Of a stretch of 64,000 bases of DNA, positions 49,135 to 61,210 are shown piece by piece. Source of the stretch: Calcarisporiella thermophila CBS 279.70 (Eukaryota > Fungi > Calcarisporiellomycota); assembly GCF_041956535.1 (NCBI RefSeq), contig NW_027192191.1:241698-305697 (forward strand). Reading direction: 5' to 3'. Position 1 is the first letter of the stretch. Every line of letters starts with the position of its first letter. Both the position numbers and the translations under genes were made by a program. The notes below the pieces were generated by a model. That model made no database searches. It was given only the letters and a program-made list of their open reading frames with translations, and was not told where the DNA came from.

Positions 49135-50567
49135 ATGTTAGTCATCACCCCCGCGCTACTTGCCCTGGTCTCCCTTGCCTTGGCTCAGCAGGATCGCCCC
49201 CGCTTCCAGCTTCCATTCCAATGCAATACTCGTTGGCAGGCCAACACGCGTAATAACCACAGTCCTCAGAATGCCGTCGACTTCAACAGGTTCCCTGAGG
49301 ATTTCAATGATCCCATTCTTGCGAGTTTCGACGGGAGGGTCTCCAAGGTTCAGAATCTCGGAAGGGTCAGCTATGGGCTGCACGTTATTGTGGACCATGG
49401 GAACGGATGGAGCACTCTGTATGCTCATTTGAACAGCGTCAATGTTAGGTAAGTGGAGCCCATGAGTAGAAACGTGAATTTTTCCATAATCACTCTCTAA
49501 CCGGTTGAAACAGGCAGGGCCAACAATTGAGGCAAGGACAAGAGTTAGGAAGGCTTGGGACGACCGGGTTCAGCACAGGCCCGCATTTGCACTATGGTAT
49601 GGCAAGCTCTATGGCTGGATTTGGATACCATGAGCAGGGACTAATTTCATGCTTTTTGCTTCCACCTCGCAGAACAACGTTTCAACAACCGCGATGTACG
49701 CATTGCATTTGACAACCAGCCTCTTAGATACTTTGCAAATTCTAATCTAGTGAGCCGCAATTGCGGTGGAGGCAATGGTAACAATAACCAAGGCAACGAC
49801 AATCAGGGTATCGACAATCAGGGCAATAACAATCAAGGCGTCAACAATCAAGGCAACAATGGCCGCGGTAACAACAATCGGGTCAACGGCAACCGAGGCA
49901 ACAACAACCGAATCCCTGGCAACCGAGGCAACACCGGCCAAGGCAACATCGACCAGGCCAACGGCAACCGAGGCAATGGAAATCGAGGTAATGGAAACCG
50001 AGGCCCTGGCAATCGCAATGGCACCGGAAACCGTAGGAAAGCTCGTCAATCCGCTGAACCCGACCGGCCCACCCCCACTGCTGAGCCTACGGAATCCCAG
50101 CCAGAAAACACCACAAGTGCCGAGCCCGCTAAACCCAATTCTAATGAAGAGCCCGCTGAACCTAATGCTAATGAAGAGCCCACTGAAACCAAGACAAGGT
50201 GTAATGCCACTGAGGAAGAAGAAACTGGAAAGGGGAACTGCAAAGGCCCCTTCAAAGTCAAGGCCAGAGGAGGGAAGCTTAACATGCGTTCCGGTGCGAG
50301 CGTGTCTGCCAAGAACCTTGGTCAGCTCTCGGATGGCGATGACGTGAAAGTGTGCTGCCAAACACGCGGTAAATAGCTAGTGGATTTACGTGATAGTGTC
50401 TTTCTGTTTTCGCAAGACATTGACAGCGGAAATATAATGCTATAGGCTCTCGTGTCAGCGGAACTTTCGGCTCTAGTACCATTTGGTCCCGTCTAGATAA
50501 CGGGGCATTTGTGTCGGATGCATTTATCGACACTGGAAGTAACGACTTCGTTATGGACCAATGCTAG
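49135..50567 (+). CDS. Secreted M23 family peptidoglycan endopeptidase with an N/G-rich linker and a C-terminal bacterial SH3-like domain
   Basis: Signal peptide; motifs 'HSPQNAVD', 'YAHL' and 'GTTGFSTGPHLHY|EQR'; C-terminal 'LNMRSGAS...VCCQTRG|SRVSGTFGSSTIWSRLDNGAFVSDAFIDTG'. Introns 49449-49513, 49597-49672 and 50369-50445. Confidence 0.9.
49775..50035 (+). repeat. Degenerate ~15-nt tandem repeats encoding NQGNN/GNRGN units
   Basis: Recurrent ggcaac(c/a) and aatcaaggc units in the M23 linker. Confidence 0.75.
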
Positions 50568-50988
50568 TTTAGAGAAATTCCACCTTCATTAGTTGTTGTA
50601 GACGATGAGCCCTTTATTTTTTTTTTTTGAAATTAAAGAATTTGAAATTGCCTTATAATAACGTCATTTTTTCAAAAATGATCCTCTTCTAGTCGGATTT
50701 CCGGTTTGGGCACAGACACCACTGACCAGCTGGCGTTGAATGGATAGCGAATCTTATCATCATCATTTAAAATGATTCATTTTACCCTTATCGACCATTT
50801 TCATATTGCTTTTTACTTTTTTGACTTTTCTCCCACTTTGATATGGCATTCCTTGAACCAAAGCCCTAGCATTACAATAAATTATTATTATTTTTTTATT
50901 ATAAATCTTTTAGAGGCAAAAGGCAATATTAATTTGCTACTTCTCCCCCTCCCTCCTACTTTACTTCTTTTAATCCAACCTTATCAGC

Positions 50989-51879
50989 ATGGCACCCGTT
51001 TATCAAAATCATGAAATCATTCCTCCGGCTTGGGCTGAATTCCTGCGCATCTGCCAACTGACAGTATGGAAGCTTGATCCACCTTCATTTGCCGCACTTC
51101 CGCTACGCGTTCGCGTCCTGCTCTCCAATTTTGCCCTCCGGCTGGACTCCGCCGCAGACGGACAATGTGGTTCCACCCTATTCCGGTGTGCGGACGAATA
51201 TGAACGCCGATTTAGAGAGGCGCAATGGCTTAATGAATGTCTAAATGATTTGGTGGAAGATAGCCCCACATCCTTTAATGCTACTGTTGGTGGAGTAGCC
51301 GCTGCTGACCAGGAGGGAGAAATCATTAATCAAGGGGAGGCGAATATGGAGGTCGATGTAGATAGAACATTGGAACCAAATGAGGAGACGCGTATGGAGG
51401 TTAAGATGGACGAACAAGACGTTGATCAGGAAGAGGGGACTTCCATTCTTCAGCAAGAATCGGGGGAACACGCGGACAACTCTGAATCTGGCGCGGTAGA
51501 GCGAGACACTCAGACCGAGGGAGAGGGTGAAGAGGAGGAGGAGGAGGACGATGAGGAGGAAGTGGAAGAGGAGGTGCTCAAGGAGCGAAAGGGGCCCCGG
51601 ATCACAGCCTACAAATGTCCACCGACGCCAGACATCGGCCCGCTTCGCTTTGACCGTCTCTATTGGAGCCTGGAGACGGACTACATCCTCTCGAAAGAGC
51701 AATGGGAGTGTGTGGTTCCGGCGTGGCGACACCCACAGGAAACGCTGATGTGTCGACCGCTTGGAAGCTCGGTGTCTCAGGTCCTTTCCACCCCCTGGGG
51801 GCCGGACTCGGTGCAGTCGAACAGCGTGTGGATATACCCCCCAACCTACGGAAAGCGCGATCATCATTACTATTGGTAG
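50989..51879 (+). CDS. Hypothetical acidic protein
   Basis: 296-aa intronless ORF with a Glu-rich middle. No confident family assignment. Confidence 0.55.
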   Translation: MAPVYQNHEIIPPAWAEFLRICQLTVWKLDPPSFAALPLRVRVLLSNFALRLDSAADGQCGSTLFRCADEYERRFREAQWLNECLNDLVEDSPTSFNATVGGVAAADQEGEIINQGEANMEVDVDRTLEPNEETRMEVKMDEQDVDQEEGTSILQQESGEHADNSESGAVERDTQTEGEGEEEEEEDDEEEVEEEVLKERKGPRITAYKCPPTPDIGPLRFDRLYWSLETDYILSKEQWECVVPAWRHPQETLMCRPLGSSVSQVLSTPWGPDSVQSNSVWIYPPTYGKRDHHYYW

Positions 51880-52678
51880 CAGTGGCCCGCATGTTTATTA
51901 TTTGTCTTATTAATTGTCATAAAAACTTTTGCTTTTTTCGTGTATTGTTACTCTTTTGCTGTCCTCAGTTCTATTATGTAAATTTTTCTCGCTATTTACT
52001 CTGCTTGTCTTCCCTATATATCTTATCCACGGATTTTGTCGCCCATTTTTCTATCGACACCATCGTTTATGAGCTTTTGCGAGTTTCCTAGTCGTGCTTT
52101 GTTTATTCCGTCTTTTATTCTCGCTATGAAGGTCCAATAAATATATATTCAATGGTATTTTTATTGAGGAATAAAAGATAGAGTACAGGGTATCCAGGCC
52201 CAGGCGCGAATCCTATGATAAAGACAACAGACATAAGCATATTAGCCAGACTGACTTGACCAACCATGTGTACGCAAGAAGCAGAAACAAAAAAATAATC
52301 AGATTTCGTCCAAGATGCGTGCATAATGAGAACAATATTCGAAGATATCGAACCCATTCAAACAAGAGGTGCCAGATAAAAGGAAATCATCATAATAAAG
52401 AATGCAACCATCCATCCATCCATCCATCAAGCTTGCTCTATTTACCTTGCGACCTCACCCGTGGAGGTGATGAAGAGACGGTCGAAAAAAGAGTGGGAGT
52501 GAGGAGGAAATAAGAGAGAGTAACGGCAAGTTGAATGCCTGGTTATTCCTTTATAAATTTAGAAGTTTCAGATATCTGATATCTGATACTTTGCGCTCAT
52601 CCTTGGGCTGGCCTACAATTTCAGGATGGATTAATACACGAACAAACACGAATTAGTTCCCTAGGCATCTTCCATAAA

Positions 52679-53440
52679 ATGCCAGACATCAACCCACTCC
52701 GGTTGTATTCTCATCTAACCACGCTTCAATCCATATCAGGCTTGGGATTTACCGTGACTTTAGTTGTGCATTCTACCGCGATCTGCCTCGCCCCGCTTGG
52801 TCTTGACAAAGCGAATGGCGCCATGCTCCTAGGGCGCGAGCTATACCAGACGCGATTAGAGCCTCTTCTCGTGCACGGTGCCATAGCAGGCCACGTAGTC
52901 GCAGGGGTTGGTAAAAGACTTATTTTGCGTCATTTGCGTAAGCGGCGAGGAAAAGGGAGGGACCTTAAAAAGGAAGCTGCGACGGTTAATGCGGATGAAC
53001 TAAAGGGAACGCTCCGCTACCATGCTGAGACCGGATACCTGCTAATTCCCATTCTAGGGGTCCATCTCATTCTAAATCGGCATCTCCCTCTCTCTCATTT
53101 TGGTGACTCTGCTTTCCTCGACTTCACATTTGTCACGGCAGCGTTGGAGCGTTACCCCATCTGCACTTCGTTGGGTCTCAGCGGGTTGTCGCTGCTTGGC
53201 GTGTACCACTGTGTATCCGGGCTACCAGTGATTTGGCGGAGACTTCATAGTAGTGAAAGTGAAAAGGGTACGCACAAACGCCTGAAAAGAAAATGGAGTT
53301 ACGGAGCAGCATTTGGCTGGTCAGCCCTAATGGTGGTGGGGCTAATGGCCATCGGGGGTGTGTTCAGCTCAAGGCGGATTAAAATTCCGCTTCGCCGGGA
53401 TTACTACGCAATCATGGATCGAGTCGGGTTTCTCTTCTAG
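52679..53440 (+). CDS. MCP1: Mcp1/DUF1691 mitochondrial outer membrane protein
   Basis: Motifs 'LQSISG', 'MLLGRELYQ..LEP', 'HVVAG', 'GYLLIPILGVH' and 'YHCVSG'; several TM helices. Confidence 0.75.
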   Translation: MPDINPLRLYSHLTTLQSISGLGFTVTLVVHSTAICLAPLGLDKANGAMLLGRELYQTRLEPLLVHGAIAGHVVAGVGKRLILRHLRKRRGKGRDLKKEAATVNADELKGTLRYHAETGYLLIPILGVHLILNRHLPLSHFGDSAFLDFTFVTAALERYPICTSLGLSGLSLLGVYHCVSGLPVIWRRLHSSESEKGTHKRLKRKWSYGAAFGWSALMVVGLMAIGGVFSSRRIKIPLRRDYYAIMDRVGFLF

Positions 53441-53523
53441 AGGATGCTATCCATCATGTAAATTAGATACAATACAGTTTATTTACAAAAAAAAATGCGG
53501 GACATGACAGATATCTCCCGTGT

Positions 53524-54358
53524 CTACGATAGTATAGCAGCTATCTCATCTTCAGAATACACTCTTCCAAACTCGTTGTCCCCGCTCATGTCAATAAACG
53601 AGTACAAGTTCATCGCGCACCCTTTTAATAATGCACTGCATTTGAGTACGATTATACAAATTGAATTACACAATGTCATGTTACCCACCTGTCGTCCGTA
53701 TTGGAGGATACGAGGGAGGGGGCGAAATATACTCGCCGTCCTTTACCTAGTGATTGTAATACGGCTGAGCAAACTGCTTTAAAATACAAGCGACTGTACA
53801 TTTTACCATGTGGGATCTATTGGAAGCAAAAATACGACCGTATTCTCTCGCACTGAGCACTCGCAGCTTTCTCCTGAATTCTTCAGGCAGCATTACCTCC
53901 GGCCGAAATGCTTCTGCAATGTAGACGTCTAGGGGGCAAGGGAAATCCAGAGTAGTGTCAAAATCATATACCCAACTAGTGTGTGAACCCAGTTAATAAA
54001 CAAGAATAAACACCATGGAACAACGAAATCAGCACCTTTGTGAGCGCGTACGCAGAACAAGAATAACATGATAGTCCCACAGAACTGGTAAGCCGGGCGA
54101 ATGTTGCTTCTGTTGACTCCATAAGGGTATCTACACCAGTCGAATAGGCAGAATGTTTATTCAATTCAGAGTGCACTCCAATTCAAGATCGAACAGATCT
54201 ACCAATTTTCGAGGATTAGATATGAAGACAACCGACGCTTCGCTCTCCTCCTCTATCCGCGGGAGAATGGCTTTGGCTAGCAGATATATGTTTTCTTCGC
54301 AGTAGCATGGGGTATAAGTGAGCGATTCTTTACATAAGTCTAGGGGGAGATCCAGCAT
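53524..54358 (-). CDS. NTAQ1: Protein N-terminal glutamine amidohydrolase (WDYHV1)
   Basis: Motifs 'YTPCYCEENIY', 'VVFISN', 'WDYHVIL', 'VYDFDT' and 'FASNRSHM'. Four introns. Confidence 0.92.
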
Positions 54359-54471
54359 TTCCACTTGGTTCGATAATATCGAATCGATTCAATCTTAGAA
54401 AATTCGACAAGTTGAACTTAGTTGTATTTTTTTTTTTTCGCTCTCTAAAATCAAACCAAATCCTTCCGTCC

Positions 54472-56103
54472 ATGAGTGTTTCGAAAGATCCACCCCCCAA
54501 TCCCGATCCTGCCGCCACTCCGTCGACTAAACGGGCCCATTCAAAGCCCAACAGGTACACAAACACCGATCGACTCAAAGTGGTCATCCGGCAGCTCCCG
54601 CCCCACCTTCCTGAGCAGGTTTTCCTCCAGTCCGTCGCGCAATGGGCCAACGAGGAGACGACAGACTGGTATTCCTTCTTCCAGGGGAAATTTAGCAAGA
54701 GGTCAGAGGGTGCTATATTGATGAACTTTTGCGCAAAGGGTTGGAGCTAACCACGGGTGTTTTACCATCAATTAGTAAATCCAAAGAAAGCATTGCCTCT
54801 CGAGCCTATTTTCATTTCAAGAACATCCAACAAGTGATCGAATTTTGTCGCGGCTATGACGGTCATGTGTTTGTTGATAGTAAAGGTATTGAAGCCTCGC
54901 TTCGTTATTTTTCAGATCTTCAGCACATTTATTTGGTAAACCCTTCTCTATTGAAGGCAATACGAGTAGAGCCGTCGTAGAGTTTGCTCCATACCAGAAG
55001 CTTCCCAAGACAGGAAAGAAACCCGATCCTCGACAGGGGACCATTGACGATGGTATTTTATCCTCCTTACTTCAATAGCATTGACCATGGTTGAATAACA
55101 CGGGAAACTATATTAGACCCAGATTATTTGGCATTCTTGGAGTCGCTCAAAGCCGAGGAGGAAACCGAGGGAAATAAGGGGACCGACGGGCTAACAGGGA
55201 CGAAACTAGAAGACCGCATTGCTAACCAACAAGCAGGTATGTTTGTATACTACAGATCAAAGGAGATGACAAAATCAACCTGAAACTTTTCTCTCAGCGC
55301 TTGACGCAGCCAAGGTCAATCCGAAATCTACGCCTCTGCTCGACTTCCTTCGCGAGAAAAAGGCACAGAAGATGAGGCAGAATATGAAGAAGGCCGCGAA
55401 ATTTGCGGCGGCGGGTAAGGCAGCGGATGGGGCGAAGCCGAGCAAATGGCAGCGGCGACGAAAAGCAAAGGAGAAGGCGGCAAAGGAGGCAGAGAAAGCA
55501 AAGGCAGCAGGCTCCGAATCGATGCCTGCCGCCGACTCGAGCACTCCGGCTAAAAGTGGTGCTAGTGCTGGCTCCAGCGCGAAAGCAAGCAAAAAGGCGG
55601 CGCCCACTAACAAGGCGTCGGAAGCCAAATCCTCCGCTGAGTCCAAGAAAACAGTTCTGCAGCCGGGAGCGATACAAATTGTGACAAAACCTAGCAGCAG
55701 CAAAGCTGAAGTAGGTGGTGGAGGAATTATAAATAATGCCGAATCCGGCGGTTCTAATAAAAACACTCGCCACGGAGAGGAGAGAAGTGGGGCAGAGCCC
55801 GTCACGAACAGTGGATCCAAGCCGACTTCGGCTCAGCCCATTAAGGATACCAAACCAGAAGCACAGCCTCCCCACAAGCATATCCCTGCCCATAGAGGTG
55901 GGCGTGGCGGAGGAGGTCGCGGTGGACGTGGTGGGCCACCGCCGAGAGGAGGACGTGGGGGTAGTGGCGGACCCATGCGAGGTGGATATAGAGGAGGGCG
56001 AGGTGGCGGTGGCCCGGTGCGAGGAGGGCGAGGCGCATCTCCAGCGGGAGGACATCGAGGTGGGGCAGGAGGCGGCCCAAGGGAAGGAGCACAGAACCGT
56101 TAG
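54472..56103 (+). CDS. UPF3: Nonsense-mediated decay factor Upf3 (RRM-like domain, RGG-rich tail)
   Basis: Motifs 'LKVVIRQLPP', 'SRAYFHF', 'FVDSKG|..RAVVEFAPYQK', 'GTIDD|DPDYLAFLESL' and 'STPLLDFLR'. Confidence 0.9.
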
Positions 56104-56630
56104 ATGCTGTCTAGAGACGATGCTCAGTCGAGAGCTTACATCCTGATTCTGTTGTCTTTGATGTTGTTTGTTTTGTTGCCAGCTCTCCCGCATCTCCGCA
56201 TTCCCGAGGGATGAGCTTCGTGGCACCATCAGAACTCGTCGGGTGGAAGAGGGATCATTAGTTTTGCCAGAGTGAAGGTATACTCCGACCTCTGTCCCCC
56301 CTCCCCATATTCCTTATTCGCCTCTGTTTTCCAATGTGCAACCTGGAATAAACTACTAAATCAATATTGAATTGAAGCCCAGGCTCTGTCACTCCTGGCG
56401 ATTTCTCTCTTTTTTCTGACATGGCAATGGCCTAAAGCTGGACTAATTGGGAAGGTTCGATTTCCTTTATGTTGGGGTACAAATAATTTATTGGGATTAT
56501 GAGGAGTGCTCGTAAACCATATTACAACACTTTTCCAATCTCTTGGCAAACACACGCATACAATATTAAAATAGACGAAATAATACTTTTGGGAGGTCGC
56601 TAGCGTGAGTAGAGCTAGGTATCAAGTCCA

Positions 56631-57319
56631 TTACTGGCAAGGAAGGCCGGGTTTGGAGGAGGGGGTCTTGAAGAGGGCGACCTCCTTCTTTCGGCGCTTG
56701 ACCAGACCTGGGAGGACTTTGCCACCACCGTAGACCCACTTGGGCAATTCTTGCTCGGCCACTTTGTTCGGGTTTTCTGTTGAGAGAAAGAGAAAGAAAG
56801 AGAGGTCAAATACCAGGGGACAGAAGACGAGGGTGTGAGGCGGTGTTACCCTTAGCGTTGAGTCGCTTGCGCAGAGTCGAGCTTCGCAAGTTTCCGCACC
56901 CGAGGTTGAAGGTGAAGCTTGCGAGCGCGCCCAGCTGGTTGTCGTTAAGCGGAACGGTGATGCTGGTCTTGAGGCATTTCAAGGCGGACTTCAGGTCCTG
57001 CTTCAGCAGAGCCTCGCCCTGAGCTGATATGCATCCAAAACGCGATTAGAGCGAGAGCTGGACCCACGGGCTTTCCAGCCGAAACAACATAGTTACCTTT
57101 GGTGATGGGCTCACGGATTCCATTGCAAGCACTGCCGATGCAGGCGTGGCCGTAGCCAATGGTCCTGACACCGGCGGGATCGATGTAGAACCGGGCTCTG
57201 AACCCTTCGCTCTCCTTGATCAGGTTGAGCGCGGCCTGGTTGGCCTGGCAAGCGATGGCGTCAACAAGCGCGGTCCCGGTGAGAGCGGCGGTGAGGTAGA
57301 GAAGGAAAGACAGCTTCAT
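56631..57319 (-). CDS. Secreted GH24 (T4/phage-type) lysozyme
   Basis: Signal peptide; catalytic E-x8-D-x5-T in 'SEGFRARFYIDPAGVRTIGYGH'; motifs 'NDNQLGALASFTFNLG', 'SSTLRKRLN' and 'KWVYGGGKVLPGLVKRR'. Introns 57024-57096 and 56777-56849. TATA at about 57400. Confidence 0.92.
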
Positions 57320-59131
57320 TGTTTTGAATGTTTTCGGGGGAAGGAGAGGATGAGTGCAAAGTGCGGATGAGTTGAGCTGGATGCTCCTTCTCGACGGCCT
57401 ATTTATACGTGCATGGATACCCCGATTCGTTTTGTTGGATTCTGACTCTCTGGAGCGCTTAGCCCGATATGCTAGCTCTTAATGCTTCATCACCTCTCCT
57501 CCACGCACAAAATCACTCGACGCCAAATTAGATTTCATAGTAGCGACTATTTTCTTAATTTTGAAGAAACTCTAACTTGGGTTGTTCCACGCTACTGTGC
57601 TCCATGGTCGCGCCACACGATTTATTATTCGCGCACTTGGAAATGAATGAGGCGAGCGCCTCAAGTGAGGCTCACCACTCAAGCCAAGGGGGTTGGAGGA
57701 GAGGGAGAGGAGGGTTACATTTCCAGAAATCATGCAGCGATTTGGACTCCGCGCAGCTAAGGCGAGATTTAGGTTCCAGGGCGAGCTAAGGGGATTCCTT
57801 GATCTAGGTTTAAGAGGATTAAGAGGGCGGTTAGTCCCCGAACAGAGAGCCTCTTGGATGAGCATGAATCAGTCTTTGCGCCCTTAAGTAACCAAAAGCT
57901 AACAACCAAATATATGGGTAAAGTGGATTAGGTTAATTAGGCTTGTGCACTCAGTACAGACCACCTCTTTTTCCCTTGGCTAATCCCCACGGCAAAACTT
58001 TCTTGGCCAATATCTGGATTGAGTCAGCGTGTTTGATTCAATAGAGCACGCGAACCGCTTCCATGGCTATTGCCAACACCTGACTTCAACATCGGCCAGC
58101 ACCCGCTCTGCCTTCTGTTTCTTCTGTTAAGTTTTATTTTTGTATAACAACATTCTCAATTTACCCTGCGTGTGGTAAAGTGAGAAGACTGCACGTGTTA
58201 ATATTATAAGCCGACGATTCTTATTATAATATCTTGGCTTTTATTTTTTTTTTTTTGCTAATATTGTGGGTTGAGGAGAGAGGGAGAGAGAGAAAGAGAG
58301 AGAGAAGGGGCCATCATTTTTGATTGCTATCCACTTAAACTCCTTTACTGGTTGGATCTAGAAGCACTCGAAACTCACAAATGGGTAGACAAAGAATAAT
58401 TATGATACTTTTTTTTTTAGATGGCCGGTGCAAACTAACAAAATGTACTTCGTGCCGGAGACTCCGTGACTATTGGTTCTCTTCTTGGACCCCAGCTTCA
58501 CAAACTACCTCCATTGTATCCTCACTCTCAGCAGAGAGGAACCATTGTAAAATCGCCATGGCCATGGAAGTTGGGACAAATGTAGCAGTGGCGAGGATGG
58601 AGACCAAGTTGGAAGAACTCTTCTGGAACCGTTTAATATGCCATGCAAACACGGTGCACCCCCAGTCATCGTACTCCTAGCACATGTCCAGGAGAGGGTG
58701 GATGCTTTGCAAGGGGAAACCGGTTGTCAAGAAATCAATCATCCGGAACAAGCTTATTCACGGGAGAGGAACGGGGAAGGAGGCGAGGGTGAGGGTACTC
58801 ATACGAGTCGGCGCAAGAGGGCCTGAGTCTAGCTCTATCTGTGGATAGGGAGGGTCCTTGTTCCTTCCCCCCGTCCTCCCTGAGATTTCGAGATTCATTA
58901 AACAGGGTCTGTGTCACCCAGCGGAAGGCAATTTTTCAAAATAGCCAAGAGGAGTCCTCGGCTGAATAGGAGAGGAAAATTGGATTGTGACGGAGAAACA
59001 AAGTCGTAGAAAAACAAATACATGGCCCGAAATAAAGGAAAACGAGAAGATGTAATGAGGTTTAAAAATGACACCATATTAAAACATCAGAAATCGATAT
59101 CACAGTGGATATTGTTCTAAAAACACGGGGA

Positions 59132-60837
<1,706 letters not shown>

Positions 60838-61210
60838 CAAGTTCGAGATTGATATGAACGGGTTGTTCGCTGTGACAGTTGTCCTTAATTTTTCTTACTT
60901 TCCAATCAACAGTAGGGGCGCAGTGATCCCCCCTTTGGATTTAGGGGGAAGGAAGGGGGAGTGCAAGAAAGGAAAAATTATATGCTGTATTTACATCCTA
61001 TGATGGTTGATAATATGCCAAAAATAAAGTGCAACAAACATAAATAGAGTGATGACAACGAGGGAAGCAGTAATATAGTTGCGATAAAAGTATTTGCATC
61101 GGCGAGAGAGAAGTGGTAAGGTTACTGGATCAAAAGGAAAGGGAAAATTGTGCACAGCAAATAAAAAAAAATGTAAAAAAAAAAAACGGTTGGAGGTATG
61201 TTTCTTTGAA

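Noticed and set aside
49775-50035. Repeat array considered as CRISPR-like
   Set aside because: Degenerate coding repeats without unique spacers, in a eukaryotic gene.
55294-56229. 311-aa antisense ORF over UPF3, with similar shadow ORFs over RPN2, M23, IMPDH and Myb
   Set aside because: Explained by the GC-rich, low-complexity codon usage of the sense gene; no independent motifs.
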